Below, piece after piece: positions 46,526 through 55,504 of a stretch of DNA of 64,000 bases; position 1 is the first letter of the stretch; every line of letters starts with the position of its first letter. The notes below the pieces were generated by a model. That model was given only the letters and a program-made list of their open reading frames with translations. It had not been told where the DNA came from and did not search any database. Source of the stretch: a bacterium (lineage in GTDB: Bacteria; JAAXHH01); the NCBI GenBank assembly GCA_965242885.1, contig CBDETH010000008.1:3374937-3438936 (forward strand). The letters are read 5' to 3'. The translations under genes were made by a program, and so were the position numbers.

Positions 46526-47206
46526 TCACTCTCCCCGGCCCAGGTAGTTGCGTTCGATTCCCAGGATGATGCGCAGAGAAGTCGCGATGACCCCCAGGGC
46601 GATGCCGATCATGATGGCCCGCTGACCGGCGGTATTGGGCCAGGCCATGATCCAGTTGGCCAGGTTCGGCAGTTCGAGGAAGGCCAGGCTTTCCGGCATC
46701 CACGCCGTCAGCCACGCCCCTACGGGGGTCCTGCCCAGCAGGATGACCATGGCGGCCGACAGGAGGATGGTGGCCTCCTTCGTGCGCGCCCTGAAGGCGC
46801 GGTAGGACGCCGAGGCGACGAAGAAGGCCAGCAGGGAGAACATGGTGGCCGACAGCGGGTTGTAGACCCCGTCGAACATGAACCGCAGCCAGGAACCCGA
46901 GGCCAGGATCTCCCCGCCCATCCCGTCCGGGTTGCCCACCTTGAACAGGCCGATTACCAGGGTGACGAGGAAGGCCACGAGGGTGACCACGCTGTAGGGC
47001 CAGTCCGTGGCGCGGCTGGAAACGCGTTTCAGGTGTATCTTGAGCAGGCTTCCGCCGCCGAGGATGAACGCGAAGACGGTAATGATGGCGAAGTAATCCG
47101 AGAAACTCTCGTAGAGCGTATTGAAGGGCCCACGCGTCACGAAGTATCCCGTGATCAGGACCACGCCGATGATGAAGGTGATGATGAGGGGTATTCTACG
47201 GCGCAT
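46526..47206 (-). CDS. Hypothetical polytopic membrane protein (gene 5)
   Basis: About 6 hydrophobic helices. Starts 5 nt after the upstream stop. Confidence 0.6.
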   Translation of the reverse strand: MRRRIPLIITFIIGVVLITGYFVTRGPFNTLYESFSDYFAIITVFAFILGGGSLLKIHLKRVSSRATDWPYSVVTLVAFLVTLVIGLFKVGNPDGMGGEILASGSWLRFMFDGVYNPLSATMFSLLAFFVASASYRAFRARTKEATILLSAAMVILLGRTPVGAWLTAWMPESLAFLELPNLANWIMAWPNTAGQRAIMIGIALGVIATSLRIILGIERNYLGRGE

Positions 47207-47211
47207 GGGAC

Positions 47212-48264
47212 CTACCTGAAGAGCCAGAGTACGATTTCGGATACTTCGCGGACGGTTTCACTTCCGGTAATGGACTCCAGGGTGGCCAGCGCGCTGCCGG
47301 CCAGGATGAATACGATGGCGATGCCCTTGCCGGCGTCCTGTCCCTTCAGGCTGCCCAGCATGCGCGGCTCCTTGGACAGGTACGCGCTGGCGGCGAACAG
47401 TTCCTCTCCGATCAGCGTATAGTCGCAGGCCGCCACGAAGAAGGGCAGCTGGGGAGGTCTGGCCGTCCCCGCGATCTGTATGGCCCCGATGGAGTTGCCC
47501 GTTTCCGCCAGGATAAGGGATTCGGCGTAGAACCCGCCCAGGTAGAAGCAGGCGGCCGGCTTCTCGCGTACGATTATGCCGTCGACGGCCGCCGCGTAGG
47601 CGAACTGCGCATCGGAGACGTAGTGTATGTCGTCTTCCTGGTAGGCGTCGGGGCGGCCCGCGGTCAGGTAGGACTGCTGCACGGTTTCCCGGGCCACGCT
47701 CATGACGAGGGACTTGCGCACGGGCACGTGCAACCTGGAATCGTACCCCGCGATGATGGTGGCGAGATGGCCAAGCAGGTTCATGGACGCGATGGTCTGC
47801 ACCTCGTCCATGTCGTTCAGGCCGGGGACGTAGAGGATGGGCTTGCCCATCTCAGTCGCCCGACCCACGGCTTCCTCCACCGTCTCCAGGCCGGCGATCT
47901 TGCGTATGAACAGCGGACGGCCCGCGGAGGCCAGCACCACGTAAAGCAGAATCGCGCCCGTCAGGATGATCCCCAGGACCAGGGCCTGGGTCCGGTCCGT
48001 GTTGAACCAGCCGGATTCGGCGCCCGCCTGGGCCAGCACGGGATCCGCCTGCAGCAAGGAGAAGAGTGCCGCAAAGGCGAGGACCGCACGCGGCAAGGTG
48101 GAGACCGCCGAGCTAGCGAGGACCGCACGCGGCAAGGAGAATAGTGCCGCGAGGGCGAGGACCGCGCGCTGCGAGGAGACCGCCGCGAACACGCAGACCG
48201 CACACAGCAGCCTGCCCAAATGGGGTACGCCACACAGTATGCAGGTGGTTGGTAAGTGGTGCAT
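47212..48264 (-). CDS. Hypothetical membrane protein (gene 4) with a repeat-expanded hydrophobic N-terminus
   Basis: TGATG overlap with gene 3. N-terminal 13-aa units PRAVLAxxAxxSL in about three clear copies plus one degenerate copy. Further TM helices at both ends around a soluble-looking core. Confidence 0.6.
   Translation of the reverse strand: MHHLPTTCILCGVPHLGRLLCAVCVFAAVSSQRAVLALAALFSLPRAVLASSAVSTLPRAVLAFAALFSLLQADPVLAQAGAESGWFNTDRTQALVLGIILTGAILLYVVLASAGRPLFIRKIAGLETVEEAVGRATEMGKPILYVPGLNDMDEVQTIASMNLLGHLATIIAGYDSRLHVPVRKSLVMSVARETVQQSYLTAGRPDAYQEDDIHYVSDAQFAYAAAVDGIIVREKPAACFYLGGFYAESLILAETGNSIGAIQIAGTARPPQLPFFVAACDYTLIGEELFAASAYLSKEPRMLGSLKGQDAGKGIAIVFILAGSALATLESITGSETVREVSEIVLWLFR
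48055..48210. repeat. About four copies of a 39-bp tandem repeat, in frame in the N-terminal hydrophobic region of gene 4
   Basis: caaggagaagagtgccgcaaaggcgaggaccgcacgcgg / caaggtggagaccgccgagctagcgaggaccgcacgcgg / caaggagaatagtgccgcgagggcgaggaccgcgcgctg / a degenerate 4th copy. Confidence 0.85.
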
Positions 48265-49403
48265 CAGGTCTCCACGATCTCCACGTTCGCCCGGGGCACC
48301 GTCACGAGCGTTCCATCGGTCCTGCGCGCTTCCAGCACCCGGGCGAAGGCGCCCGTGGGAAGCCGCACAGGCTGTTCGGGCAGCGACGCCACCGTGGCGA
48401 GTTCCCCGAACCAGGGTTCTCGGATCAGCCGTACCAGCGAACCGGCCTCCAGGCCGCGGCCGGCCGGGGCCGCCCGATCCGAGGAGGCTTGATCAGCAGA
48501 CGCCTCGTCGCCGTCGGATCTGATGATGATCTCGGGACGGATCACACCGGCCCGGATCTGCGTGGCCCCGCTCAGGGAAGCTTCGCGGTCCTGCATGGAA
48601 CGGAGCAGTTCGAAGGTGCGTTCGGCCATGGGCAGCCTTCCGAAACCTTCGGTGACGATCATGGTCAGTCCGATGTCTTCCCCGCCGGTCACCGCGACAC
48701 CGATCTGGTATCCCAGGAGGTCGCCGATATCGTGGTAGCGCATGCCGCCCACGACCACGCCGGACGCACCGACCTCTATCAACTTACGCAACGCGTCAAG
48801 GGTGATCATGGATCCGCAGCAGACGATCCGGCCCCGCAGGCGGTCATTGATCATCTCACCGGTAACCTCGTCTTCGGGCGATTGGACGATCTGGCGTATG
48901 GGCGCGTGCGTTTCGCCCCCCACGCCGAAGATCCCCTGAATGCAGGCACCGGCCGTTCCCACGACGACGCCCTCCCCCGGCAGTGTTTCGGTGACTGTGC
49001 CATCGAGGTATGCGTTGATCCGCACCGGCGTCGACGGTTCCCGAATGAGCACCTGTCCGGTCACTTCCGAGACCATTTCGATGGTGCCGCTCTCGGGACA
49101 ACGAACACTGGACTTGAACAGACCGAATATTCCCTTCGATTCGGCGATCAACTCACCTTTCGCCACCGATTCGTCCCGTTGCTTGAGCATGCAGCCCGGC
49201 ACTTCCTCCGGTGCGATGGCCAGGGCATTGGCGACATTGACGTTGTGCACCGGGCCGGGCAGATGGGTTTCGGCGACCACCGTGTCGGGCCGTACCCGGT
49301 CGCCGACATCCACCAGCACCTGGCCGCTCAGGGGCAGGCGGCGCGTCCTGGCGACGACGGTCTTCGGCGATACGCGCAGGCCGGATGTATAGGCGTGGGC
49401 CAT
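48264..49403 (-). CDS. Hypothetical soluble protein (gene 3, 379 aa)
   Basis: TGATG overlaps at both ends. N-terminal SGQVLVDVGDRVRPDTVVAE / VAKGELIAE segments are reminiscent of barrel-sandwich (lipoyl/biotinyl-like) hairpins. This is a tentative, by-eye reading. Confidence 0.6.
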   Translation of the reverse strand: MAHAYTSGLRVSPKTVVARTRRLPLSGQVLVDVGDRVRPDTVVAETHLPGPVHNVNVANALAIAPEEVPGCMLKQRDESVAKGELIAESKGIFGLFKSSVRCPESGTIEMVSEVTGQVLIREPSTPVRINAYLDGTVTETLPGEGVVVGTAGACIQGIFGVGGETHAPIRQIVQSPEDEVTGEMINDRLRGRIVCCGSMITLDALRKLIEVGASGVVVGGMRYHDIGDLLGYQIGVAVTGGEDIGLTMIVTEGFGRLPMAERTFELLRSMQDREASLSGATQIRAGVIRPEIIIRSDGDEASADQASSDRAAPAGRGLEAGSLVRLIREPWFGELATVASLPEQPVRLPTGAFARVLEARRTDGTLVTVPRANVEIVET

Positions 49404-51205
49404 CAGCCGGACTCCGGAAAAAGATCGAGTGCGTGGTAATCTCTCTGCAGCGTTTCTATCCGTTCTGTCGCGTCCTCCGGGTGTTGAAGCGGCCTGCCGC
49501 GGGTGTCGATGATCACGCCCAGGGGGCCGCTCCGAACGGTACGGGCGATGGTCACGCCCCGTCCGGCGCCGACGTCGAACCCGCGGGACGGCGAGACCTC
49601 CAGGGCGACATCCTCCGCCTCACCGGCCGGAATCGCGACCAGTTCGCCCACGGCCGCCTCGTGCGTCCATTCCGCGTCGTCCGTCCTCGCCTTTACGGTC
49701 GCGCACGGGGCGCCGGGCGATCCGGTACCCACGGGTGCGACGCACGGACCGAGATGGACGAGGCAGTCCCGGTCGAAGACCTCCAGCGCCGCGGTTTCAT
49801 GTACGGTCGACAGCACGCCCAGGTGGGGCATCATGAAGATGCTGTCCACCGCCAAGTTCGTGATGCCCTCGGGCTGGAAGGCGTCCACCATCATCAGCGC
49901 GGCCTGCGCCCGGCTCGGTGCGTGGGAGAGCACGCCCCCACTGCCGATAATCAGGTCCAGGTTCAGCAGGTCGACCAGGGTCCGGCCGCCGGTCTGCTGG
50001 TCGAAGGTGTCCGATATCGTTCGAAGCTGTTGCACGCCCTTCAACTCGACGGCGAAGTTCCTGTGCTGTTCGAAGGCCAGCCGCAGGGCCTCGCGGGCTA
50101 CGGCCTGCTCGATGATCAGCTCCTCCATAGTCTGGGGGATGCTGGTGGGCCGGATCATCTTGTTGCCCATGCGGTCCTTCAGGTCGGCGTCGGACATCTC
50201 AAAGGGCAGCCAGCGGGCGATGTTCTCCAGCCCCGCCTCCGTCAACACGTTGGAAATGCTGTAGCTCATGCCGAGATTGGCGCTGACGGTCCGGTTAAAC
50301 GCGCCGCCGAAGACCGAAAACACGTCGGTAGTCGCGCCGCCGATATCGACGCCCAGCACGTCGATGCCACTACGTTCCGCCACGACCCGCACCATCCGCC
50401 CCACGGCGCCGGGCGTGGGCATGATCGGCACGTGGGTCCACGCCATAAGGTCGCCGTACCCGGGCGCCTGGGCCATCACGTGTTCCATGAACAGGGTGTG
50501 GATCTGTTCCCGGGCGGGGCCCAGGTGCTCTGCTTCGAGCACGGGCCGCAGGTTGTCCACCTGGCTTAGTTCCGTCCGTTCGGTCAGGATCCGGGCAATG
50601 TCTTCACGGGCGTCGGCGTTCCCGGCGTAGATCACCGGCAGATCGTAGCCGCTGCCCAACCGGGGTCTCGGGTCCGCCGCGGCGATCAGTTCGGCCATCT
50701 CGACCACGTGGGACTTCGTGCCGCCGTCCACGCCGCCGGACAACAGGATCATGTCAGGACGGAGCTGGCGTATGCGTTCGATGCGCTCGTGAGGCAGACG
50801 CCCATCGTTGGACGCCAGGGTTTCCATGACGATGGCGCCCGCGCCGAGGGCCGCCCGTTCGGCACTCTCGGCGGTCATGCTCTTGACCACGCCGGCCACC
50901 ATCATCTGAAGCCCGCCGCCGGCGCTGCTCGTCGAGACGTAGATGTCCACCCCTCGGCCGCCCTCGGCGGGCGACACGATCCGTTCTCCGTCGAGGATCT
51001 CGCGGCCGGACTGCTCCTCCACTTCGCGCACCGCGTTGAGGACGCCCCGCGTAACGTCCTCGAAGGGCGCTTCCACGGTCGTCGGCGCTTCGCCGCGGAC
51101 GACGAGACGGTAGGCGCCGTCGCGTCGCTCGATCAGGATGGCCTTGGTGGTGGTGCTGCCGCAGTCCGTGGCCAGGATGACGCTGATTTCTGTTGGAAGG
51201 GCCAT
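49403..51205 (-). CDS. GlmL/MutL-type ASKHA-fold ATPase (glutamate mutase accessory protein family), 600 aa
   Basis: Phosphate-1-like ILATDCGSTTTKAILI, SSAGGGL and phosphate-2-like LGVDIGGATTDVFS, typical of the GlmL-like actin/Hsp70-fold family. Confidence 0.7.
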   Translation of the reverse strand: MALPTEISVILATDCGSTTTKAILIERRDGAYRLVVRGEAPTTVEAPFEDVTRGVLNAVREVEEQSGREILDGERIVSPAEGGRGVDIYVSTSSAGGGLQMMVAGVVKSMTAESAERAALGAGAIVMETLASNDGRLPHERIERIRQLRPDMILLSGGVDGGTKSHVVEMAELIAAADPRPRLGSGYDLPVIYAGNADAREDIARILTERTELSQVDNLRPVLEAEHLGPAREQIHTLFMEHVMAQAPGYGDLMAWTHVPIMPTPGAVGRMVRVVAERSGIDVLGVDIGGATTDVFSVFGGAFNRTVSANLGMSYSISNVLTEAGLENIARWLPFEMSDADLKDRMGNKMIRPTSIPQTMEELIIEQAVAREALRLAFEQHRNFAVELKGVQQLRTISDTFDQQTGGRTLVDLLNLDLIIGSGGVLSHAPSRAQAALMMVDAFQPEGITNLAVDSIFMMPHLGVLSTVHETAALEVFDRDCLVHLGPCVAPVGTGSPGAPCATVKARTDDAEWTHEAAVGELVAIPAGEAEDVALEVSPSRGFDVGAGRGVTIARTVRSGPLGVIIDTRGRPLQHPEDATERIETLQRDYHALDLFPESG

Positions 51206-51208
51206 GGA

Positions 51209-51234
51209 GTCAGTTTGCCGTGTCAGTTTGCCGT
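51209..51234. repeat. Two copies of a 13-bp tandem duplication (GTCAGTTTGCCGT) that copies the last codons and stop of the 97-aa gene
   Basis: On the minus strand it reads ACGGCAAACTGAC ACGGCAAACTGAC tcc ATG. The upstream copy is the real T-A-N-stop. The second copy fills the spacer before the ATPase start. Confidence 0.85.
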
Positions 51235-51516
51235 GTCTTCCGCCCCGGAGGCGTGATGCTCTATGCGCTGGATCAGGAACTCCACGTTCTCCCGGCGCTC
51301 GATGGCCTCGGCGATCCGGTCGTAGTCCGACGCGTCCACCACCATGTGAATGAAGGGGCTCAGGAAAGCCATGAACTGTCCACCCAGAAACGAGAGGGGC
51401 TTCATGGATTCAAGGAAGAGGATCGCGGGCGCGGTGAGCTCGCGTGCGGCTATGGCTTCGGCGATCCGGTCGAGCAGGGCCTGCTGCTCCGCCAGGGTTT
51501 CTGATGAATCAGGCAA
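51223..51516 (-). CDS. Small hypothetical protein (97 aa; gene 1 of the operon)
   Basis: TTG start with a weak RBS. Central hydrophobic stretch PAILFLESMKPLSFLGGQFMAFLSPFI. Lies 17 nt from both neighbours. Confidence 0.45.
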   Translation of the reverse strand: MPDSSETLAEQQALLDRIAEAIAARELTAPAILFLESMKPLSFLGGQFMAFLSPFIHMVVDASDYDRIAEAIERRENVEFLIQRIEHHASGAEDTAN

Positions 51517-51533
51517 TGTACCGATAACCTTGC

Positions 51534-52385
51534 TCAGTTTACCACGAACTCCCGGCCCGCATGTTCAGCGATCCATTCGCGCAGCGGGATATCTTCCGGA
51601 AGAGGCGAGGTATAGCCATGGCCGCCCGAGGGTCCGGCGCCCAGGAGTTGCCGGCGGATGGGGTCGCTTCGGTCCATGTAGTGGTCCACCGTCATGTTGT
51701 CCCGGGGACGCAGCCAGCGGTAACTGTAGCCGTAGAACAACACTTTGCGGGTGATATCGGAGTAGTTGATCCCGGATGCGTGCCAGAGCCTGCGATCGAA
51801 AAACACGGCGTCGCCGGCCGCGGCCCGGATCGGAACGGCGCCATCCGGATCCTGTTCGGCGTTTTCGGGAAAGTCGATCGCCTCGTTTTGATGACTGCCC
51901 GGAATGGCGTGGAAATTGCCCCGGTCGGTCGCCGTACAGTCGCTCAGGAAGAAGGCCACTTTCAGCGACACCCGCGGACGGGGCGTGGTCTCCAGGTCGA
52001 TATTGAGCCTGCCGCTGTCCTGGTGCCAGCCCAGGCGCCGTTTTTTAGGCTTCTGATCCGCCGGCGACGGTGGCGAAACGATTAAATGGGAATGGTACAA
52101 CTGGATGTGCCAGCCGAGAATACCCCAGACCTTGGGGAAGGTCTTCGGCCAGTCAAGCAGTTCCAGCAGCAGGTCGTCCTGGCCGATGATGTCGAAGTGG
52201 TTCTTGATACTGTAGGGGCTGCCCCCCATGTTCGGACGGCGTTCGGCATCGATGCGGTCCGCGATCCGGCCCAGCGCTTCGACCATGTCGCCCGGCAGCA
52301 CGTTCTCCACGATGAAATAACCCTGTTTATCGAAGCGTCGCCGCTCTTCGTCCGTCAAACAGTAGGCAAGGCAGGAAGGGTCCAT
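51534..52385 (-). CDS. Phytanoyl-CoA dioxygenase (PhyH) family oxygenase
   Basis: LTDEERRRFDKQGYFIVENVL and WHQDSG (HxD). ATG 52385 has GGAG about 9 nt upstream. The ORF-track GTG at 52436 lacks an RBS. Confidence 0.8.
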   Translation of the reverse strand: MDPSCLAYCLTDEERRRFDKQGYFIVENVLPGDMVEALGRIADRIDAERRPNMGGSPYSIKNHFDIIGQDDLLLELLDWPKTFPKVWGILGWHIQLYHSHLIVSPPSPADQKPKKRRLGWHQDSGRLNIDLETTPRPRVSLKVAFFLSDCTATDRGNFHAIPGSHQNEAIDFPENAEQDPDGAVPIRAAAGDAVFFDRRLWHASGINYSDITRKVLFYGYSYRWLRPRDNMTVDHYMDRSDPIRRQLLGAGPSGGHGYTSPLPEDIPLREWIAEHAGREFVVN

Positions 52386-52542
52386 GGTGGGGCTCCATGT
52401 TCGTAACGCCAAAACGTCACGTATCGTAAACGTCACAATTCATACTTGTATTTTCTTAATGATTCACAACCCGACGGTCAACCCCTTTGAAGACGGGCCT
52501 TAGCGCAACCAGGCATCGGTCCGTCTTACGCTGTCGCGCCGG

Positions 52543-54153
52543 TCACGCTTCCCGAACCACGAACCTTGCCCGGATCTCGGGACTTTCTTTGTACCCGATC
52601 CGAATCGCTCGCGCCCTTACCAGGTACTCTCCTGCATCAAGACGCAGCGGTTCGGTATACAACAGCCAGTGGGGGTCGTCCTCCGTCCGGAGCGTGTAAG
52701 CGATGGATGCGCCCTGCGTTGCACAATGCAGTTGCAGCAGCATGGGTCCATCATAGGTGCCGCCCTCCGGAGCCGGTTCGATCCCGGGACTTTCGGCGCA
52801 TATGGGCACGCAGACCACGGGGGCGGTCTCGGGCTGGCGGCCTCCCGGATACCAGTTCCGGACCATCTCGCTTTCGGGGATGCGGCCCATGTCCCCCACT
52901 TCTTCGATCCATGCATCGAGTGCTTCGCGCATCCGCTCCAGGTCGTCGCGGATCCGGGGATTGCCTGCCAGGTTGTGAATTTCAAGGGGATCGGCCACCG
53001 TGTCGTAAAACTCCTCGACGGGCCGGGGGTACCGGAACAGGGCCGACTGCGCCTCGTCGAGGCCGCCCTCCACGCGAAGCCGCCAGATCTCCTGCATGAT
53101 CGGATGGCGGTTTCGATAGGGGATCCAGGAAAGATAGGGCAGATCCGGCCGGTAGTTGCGGATGTACTTGTACCGCCCGTCCCGAACGGCCCGGACCATG
53201 TCGTAGGACACGTCGTGGCGGTCCCGGCTGGCGAAGACGTATTCGCGCGGCGGGCGTGCCTGCTCTCCGAGAAAGGCGCGGCCCTGGATATGGTGCGGGA
53301 TTTCGACGCCGGCCAGGGACAGCATCGTGGGTCCCAGGTCGATCGTGCTGACCAGGTCTTCGCTTACCCGCCCGCCTTCCATGTCCGGTCCCCGCGCGAT
53401 GAGCGGCACGTGAATGCCCGCGTCATACGGCCAGCGCTTGCCCCGGGGCAAGGGTCCGTGGTCGCTCCAGTTGAAGACATAGGTGCTCCCGGCGAGGCCG
53501 TCTTCTTCCAGTTGCTCCAGTAGCGTGCCGAATTCCCGGTCATTGTGGGCGATATGGGTGTACATGCGGGCCAGGGCCTCCCTGACCTTCGGCGTGTCGG
53601 GCAGGTGGGGCGGCGGCTCGATGGCTGCGGGATCGAACTCGGGCGAAGGGCACTTTTCCGGCCACATCCCGCTCTCATGGCTGCGCATGAGGTTGAAGAC
53701 CGCGAAGAAGGGCTGGTCTGGATCAGGCCGGTTTCGCCAGTGGGCCGCGTCGCCCTGGTCGTCCCAGGCCGTCAGCGGCGGCTCGAACTGGTAGTCGGTC
53801 TTGAAGTTGTTCGTGCAGTAGTAGCCCGCAGCCCGCAGGTATTCTGTGAAGCACTTGACGTAGTGGGGCGGAACCGCGGAGTAGGGCGTGGGCAACTCGG
53901 GTACAGCGGGGTCGGCGTGGGTGGTCCTCATGTGGTGCGTGCCGATGGAGGTGGCGTACATCCCGGTAATGATCGCAGAGCGGGCCGGTGCGCATACGCC
54001 GGACGTGGAGAAACAGTTCGTCCACCGGCATCCCTGGGCCGCGAAGCGGTCCACGTTCGGCGTGTGGGCCACCGGGTCGCCGTAGCAGCCGTAGTAAGGG
54101 CCTGTGTCCTCGAAGGAAATCCACAGGATGTTGGGTCTGGAATGGGAAGGCAC
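52543..54153 (-). CDS. Sulfatase (formylglycine-dependent, arylsulfatase A family)
   Basis: NILWISFEDTG and SGVCAPARSAIITG (C-x-P-x-R). GTG start with a GAGGA RBS. Confidence 0.9.
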   Translation of the reverse strand: MPSHSRPNILWISFEDTGPYYGCYGDPVAHTPNVDRFAAQGCRWTNCFSTSGVCAPARSAIITGMYATSIGTHHMRTTHADPAVPELPTPYSAVPPHYVKCFTEYLRAAGYYCTNNFKTDYQFEPPLTAWDDQGDAAHWRNRPDPDQPFFAVFNLMRSHESGMWPEKCPSPEFDPAAIEPPPHLPDTPKVREALARMYTHIAHNDREFGTLLEQLEEDGLAGSTYVFNWSDHGPLPRGKRWPYDAGIHVPLIARGPDMEGGRVSEDLVSTIDLGPTMLSLAGVEIPHHIQGRAFLGEQARPPREYVFASRDRHDVSYDMVRAVRDGRYKYIRNYRPDLPYLSWIPYRNRHPIMQEIWRLRVEGGLDEAQSALFRYPRPVEEFYDTVADPLEIHNLAGNPRIRDDLERMREALDAWIEEVGDMGRIPESEMVRNWYPGGRQPETAPVVCVPICAESPGIEPAPEGGTYDGPMLLQLHCATQGASIAYTLRTEDDPHWLLYTEPLRLDAGEYLVRARAIRIGYKESPEIRARFVVREA

Positions 54154-54235
54154 GGGGTCCTCGCGTCTAGCCCGTGTAGCAAACTAACGAAATGAGATAG
54201 CAAGCCATGGAAATCACCACTGTCCTACGTCCCGA

Positions 54236-55345
54236 TCACAATCCCGTCACCGTCTCCTCGGCCAGTTGGTCCACGACCGCCTTCAGATCACCTGTGCTGG
54301 CATGTGTCCTGAGCTGCCGGTCCGCGCTGCTGCCCTGCTCGAGCATGACCCGGATGTACTCGATCTCCTCCCGGACCCCGAGTGGATCCACGACGTCGTC
54401 CACGATTTCCAGCAGTTCCTCGATGAGGTATCGCAGGGGGACCTCCTCTTCCTTGCCGAAGTCGACCAGGTTCCCGTCCAGCCCGTCCTTGATGGCGCGC
54501 CACTTGTTCTCGGCCACCAGGTCGCGCCGGTAGTACCGCCATGACTGGTTCTCTCGCCGCAGCCGGATCAACTTGGCTGCCACCGCCCTGACCAGGGCCA
54601 CGATGGCCACCACTTCGTCGATTTTGGTGATGCAGTCGCAGATCCGCAGTTCCAGCGTGGGAAAGCGGGGATGGGGACGCACGTCCCACCAGATCTTCGT
54701 GGGCTCGTCCATGCAGCCGGTTTTGATCATCGTCTGGATAAAATGGTCGTACTCGGCGGCCGAGTCGAACCGATCGGGTATGCCGGTCCGGGGCAGCTCG
54801 GAGAACACGATGCTCCGGTAGGATTTGAGCCCCGTGTTGTCTCCCATCCAGAAGGGGGACGAAGACGACAGGGCCAGGATGTGGGGTAGGAAATAGCCGA
54901 TCTGGTTCATGGTGTCGATGCGCAGTTCCCGATCGGGAATGCCGACGTGGATGTGCATGCCGAAGATGAGCAGGCGGCGGGCGACGTATTGCAGGTCGGC
55001 GACCAGGCTGCGATACCGGTCTTTCTCGGTGATTTCCTGCTCCTGCCAGCGGGAAAAGGGATGGGTGCCGGCCGCCACGATCCGGTGGCCGCTCTTTTCC
55101 GCGATTTCGGACACCATGCTACGTAGCCGGGCGATCTCCTTGCGGACTTCCTTGATGTCCCGGCAGACCTCCGTGCCCATCTCCACCTGGGACTGCAGGA
55201 ATTCCGGCTTGACCTGGTCGCGAAAGACCCGCTTCCCCTTTTCGAGAAACTCGGAGATGTAGGAGGTGAGTTCCCGCGACTCGGGGTCGATGATCTGGTA
55301 CTCTTCCTCGACACCGAGGGTCATGTCTTCGAACGTCATGGTCAT
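54236..55345 (-). CDS. Carboxylate-amine ligase, YbdK/GCS2 family
   Basis: LGVEEEYQIID and the GMHIHVGI block. Length of about 370 aa, typical of the family. Confidence 0.8.
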   Translation of the reverse strand: MTMTFEDMTLGVEEEYQIIDPESRELTSYISEFLEKGKRVFRDQVKPEFLQSQVEMGTEVCRDIKEVRKEIARLRSMVSEIAEKSGHRIVAAGTHPFSRWQEQEITEKDRYRSLVADLQYVARRLLIFGMHIHVGIPDRELRIDTMNQIGYFLPHILALSSSSPFWMGDNTGLKSYRSIVFSELPRTGIPDRFDSAAEYDHFIQTMIKTGCMDEPTKIWWDVRPHPRFPTLELRICDCITKIDEVVAIVALVRAVAAKLIRLRRENQSWRYYRRDLVAENKWRAIKDGLDGNLVDFGKEEEVPLRYLIEELLEIVDDVVDPLGVREEIEYIRVMLEQGSSADRQLRTHASTGDLKAVVDQLAEETVTGL

Positions 55346-55382
55346 GGCACGAGCCGCTCCAGAGATCCGGATCGGGACGGCA

Positions 55383-55427
55383 GACCGCCGGTTATCCTGC
55401 CGCCGGTTGTCCTGCCGCCGGTGATCC
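55383..55427. repeat. Three copies of a 15-bp tandem repeat (TGCCGCCGGTTRTCC) upstream of the YbdK-like gene
   Basis: gaccgccggttatcc tgccgccggttgtcc tgccgccggtgatcc, followed by three spaced CTGCTAC motifs. Confidence 0.85.
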
Positions 55428-55504
55428 TGTTGACTGCTACGGGTAGACTGCTACACGATGTTTGCTACGCGCGCGATTACTTTCGAACTGATTGTTGCGC
55501 GTTG

